DNA of 64,000 bases from Hydrolagus affinis (Eukaryota): assembly GCA_012026655.1 (NCBI GenBank), contig JAAILG010000093.1:1-64000 (forward strand), in the 5' to 3' direction. The notes under the pieces were generated by a model. It worked only from the letters and a program-made list of their open reading frames with translations, had not been told where the DNA came from and ran no database searches. This document shows, piece after piece, positions 62,856 through 64,000 of the stretch (positions are counted from its first letter, which is position 1; each line of letters starts with the position of its first letter). The position numbers and the translations under genes are program-made.

Positions 62856-64000
62856 CTATCAACAAAAAATTTCATATTCGCATGTATTCCAAATTTAGTA
62901 AGCCAAGTAAATGATGGGGGAATACATATTTCTTGAATGTTTAGTATAGCTGGCACATTTAATCTAACTTGTAATGTAATTGCTGTCAGTTTCACTTAGT
63001 TGTACGTTTCTAATTTTTCAGAACTTAACTCTTCTGTTAATGTTTTGATACGCATAGAATATTAAATTATGTTTAAAATCTATGCTTTGTATTAAAATTT
63101 CACTGGTAGTAAGATTTCTGGTGTGAAATTGTTATGGAGGCCCAAATACTGTACAAATGGTTTTGATCAGTGTAATTTTGTCCTGGAAATATATTTTAGA
63201 AATTAAAATAATTCAGCTTTTGGTCAGCCGTGGGTCTGACAAATGCAGAAACCCATCACCTAACAATTTGCATGCTGAAACTCTGGAGGAATGTACACTG
63301 CTTATTTAATTCTGAAGAGTATTAACCGCATATTGGTGAGAACCAAGAATTGTGGCCCCTGTATGTGTTCAGAGTTTCAGCTTGTCCTCACTGAGATTTA
63401 GAAATATGCTTTGTCCTGAGTTTTAAGAGCTGAAGTTAAAATAACTTAAACTTTCTAAATCTTAGACTAATCAGCAATTAGATGTATGCTTGTTTGTCAA
63501 CTGAGGAAGTTTAATCACATACTAATTTGTGTACTAAAATTTTATGTGGCTGATGCCTTTGGATTGTTCTTGGTTTTACACTTACAGTAAATGGCATGCC
63601 CAAATAAAATTATATTGAATATTTCCAGACCCTTGGGATGTCTTTCTGACAAAAGGCACTATAATGTAATTTGTTGTTCAATAAGCAGTATAGAATTGAA
63701 GCTTGTATCATTTTTTTATTGGCAAAACCAGTAGCAAAGTTGGAAAATTAGAAGACTTTTTCACGCAGAAAAAAAAATGAATTTGACCTCATATTTTGTA
63801 AATATTTGAGTGATACTGTAAATGCCCTGGAAAACCCTTTAAAAGGCTTGGAAAACTGGCTCTTACGAAAGATTGTGGTTTGATCCTTAATTTATTTTCC
63901 GCAACAGTGGTATATTTCTGTGGTCACTTTTACCAAGTCAAATCTTTTGGGATACGTTTTGGGACATCCACCCAATGGCACTATATAATTGCAATTTGTT

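Noticed and set aside
1-64000. CRISPR array, operon or other prokaryote-type system
   Set aside because: No regularly spaced direct repeats and no dense ORFs; the sequence is vertebrate intergenic DNA

Overview
Vertebrate, repeat-rich, essentially non-coding DNA. The retroposon content suggests a cartilaginous fish, probably a chimaera (inference). About 59 kb of intergenic sequence is packed with a ~300-bp tRNA-derived SINE (>20 copies), older Deu-domain SINEs, L2 and CR1 LINE fragments, and Tigger/pogo-type and hAT-Charlie-type MITEs, often nested. A CpG-rich promoter region follows at ~59.2-61.3 kb, with CRE, E-box and GC-box motifs, a 100-N gap and several + strand splice donors. It appears to be the 5' end of a gene I cannot name. 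No intact protein-coding gene is supported: the recognisable ORFs are LINE ORF2 debris. I see no convincing novel biological system. The most notable signals are (1) recurrent perfect fold-back hairpins, mostly at retroelement junctions, (2) a covarying 3' stem-loop shared by the SINE and L2, with many ultra-short L2 tail insertions, (3) a SINE>MITE>MITE triple nest, and (4) candidate enhancers in repeat-free islands. Family names come from recalled consensus features, not database searches, and repeat boundaries are approximate.
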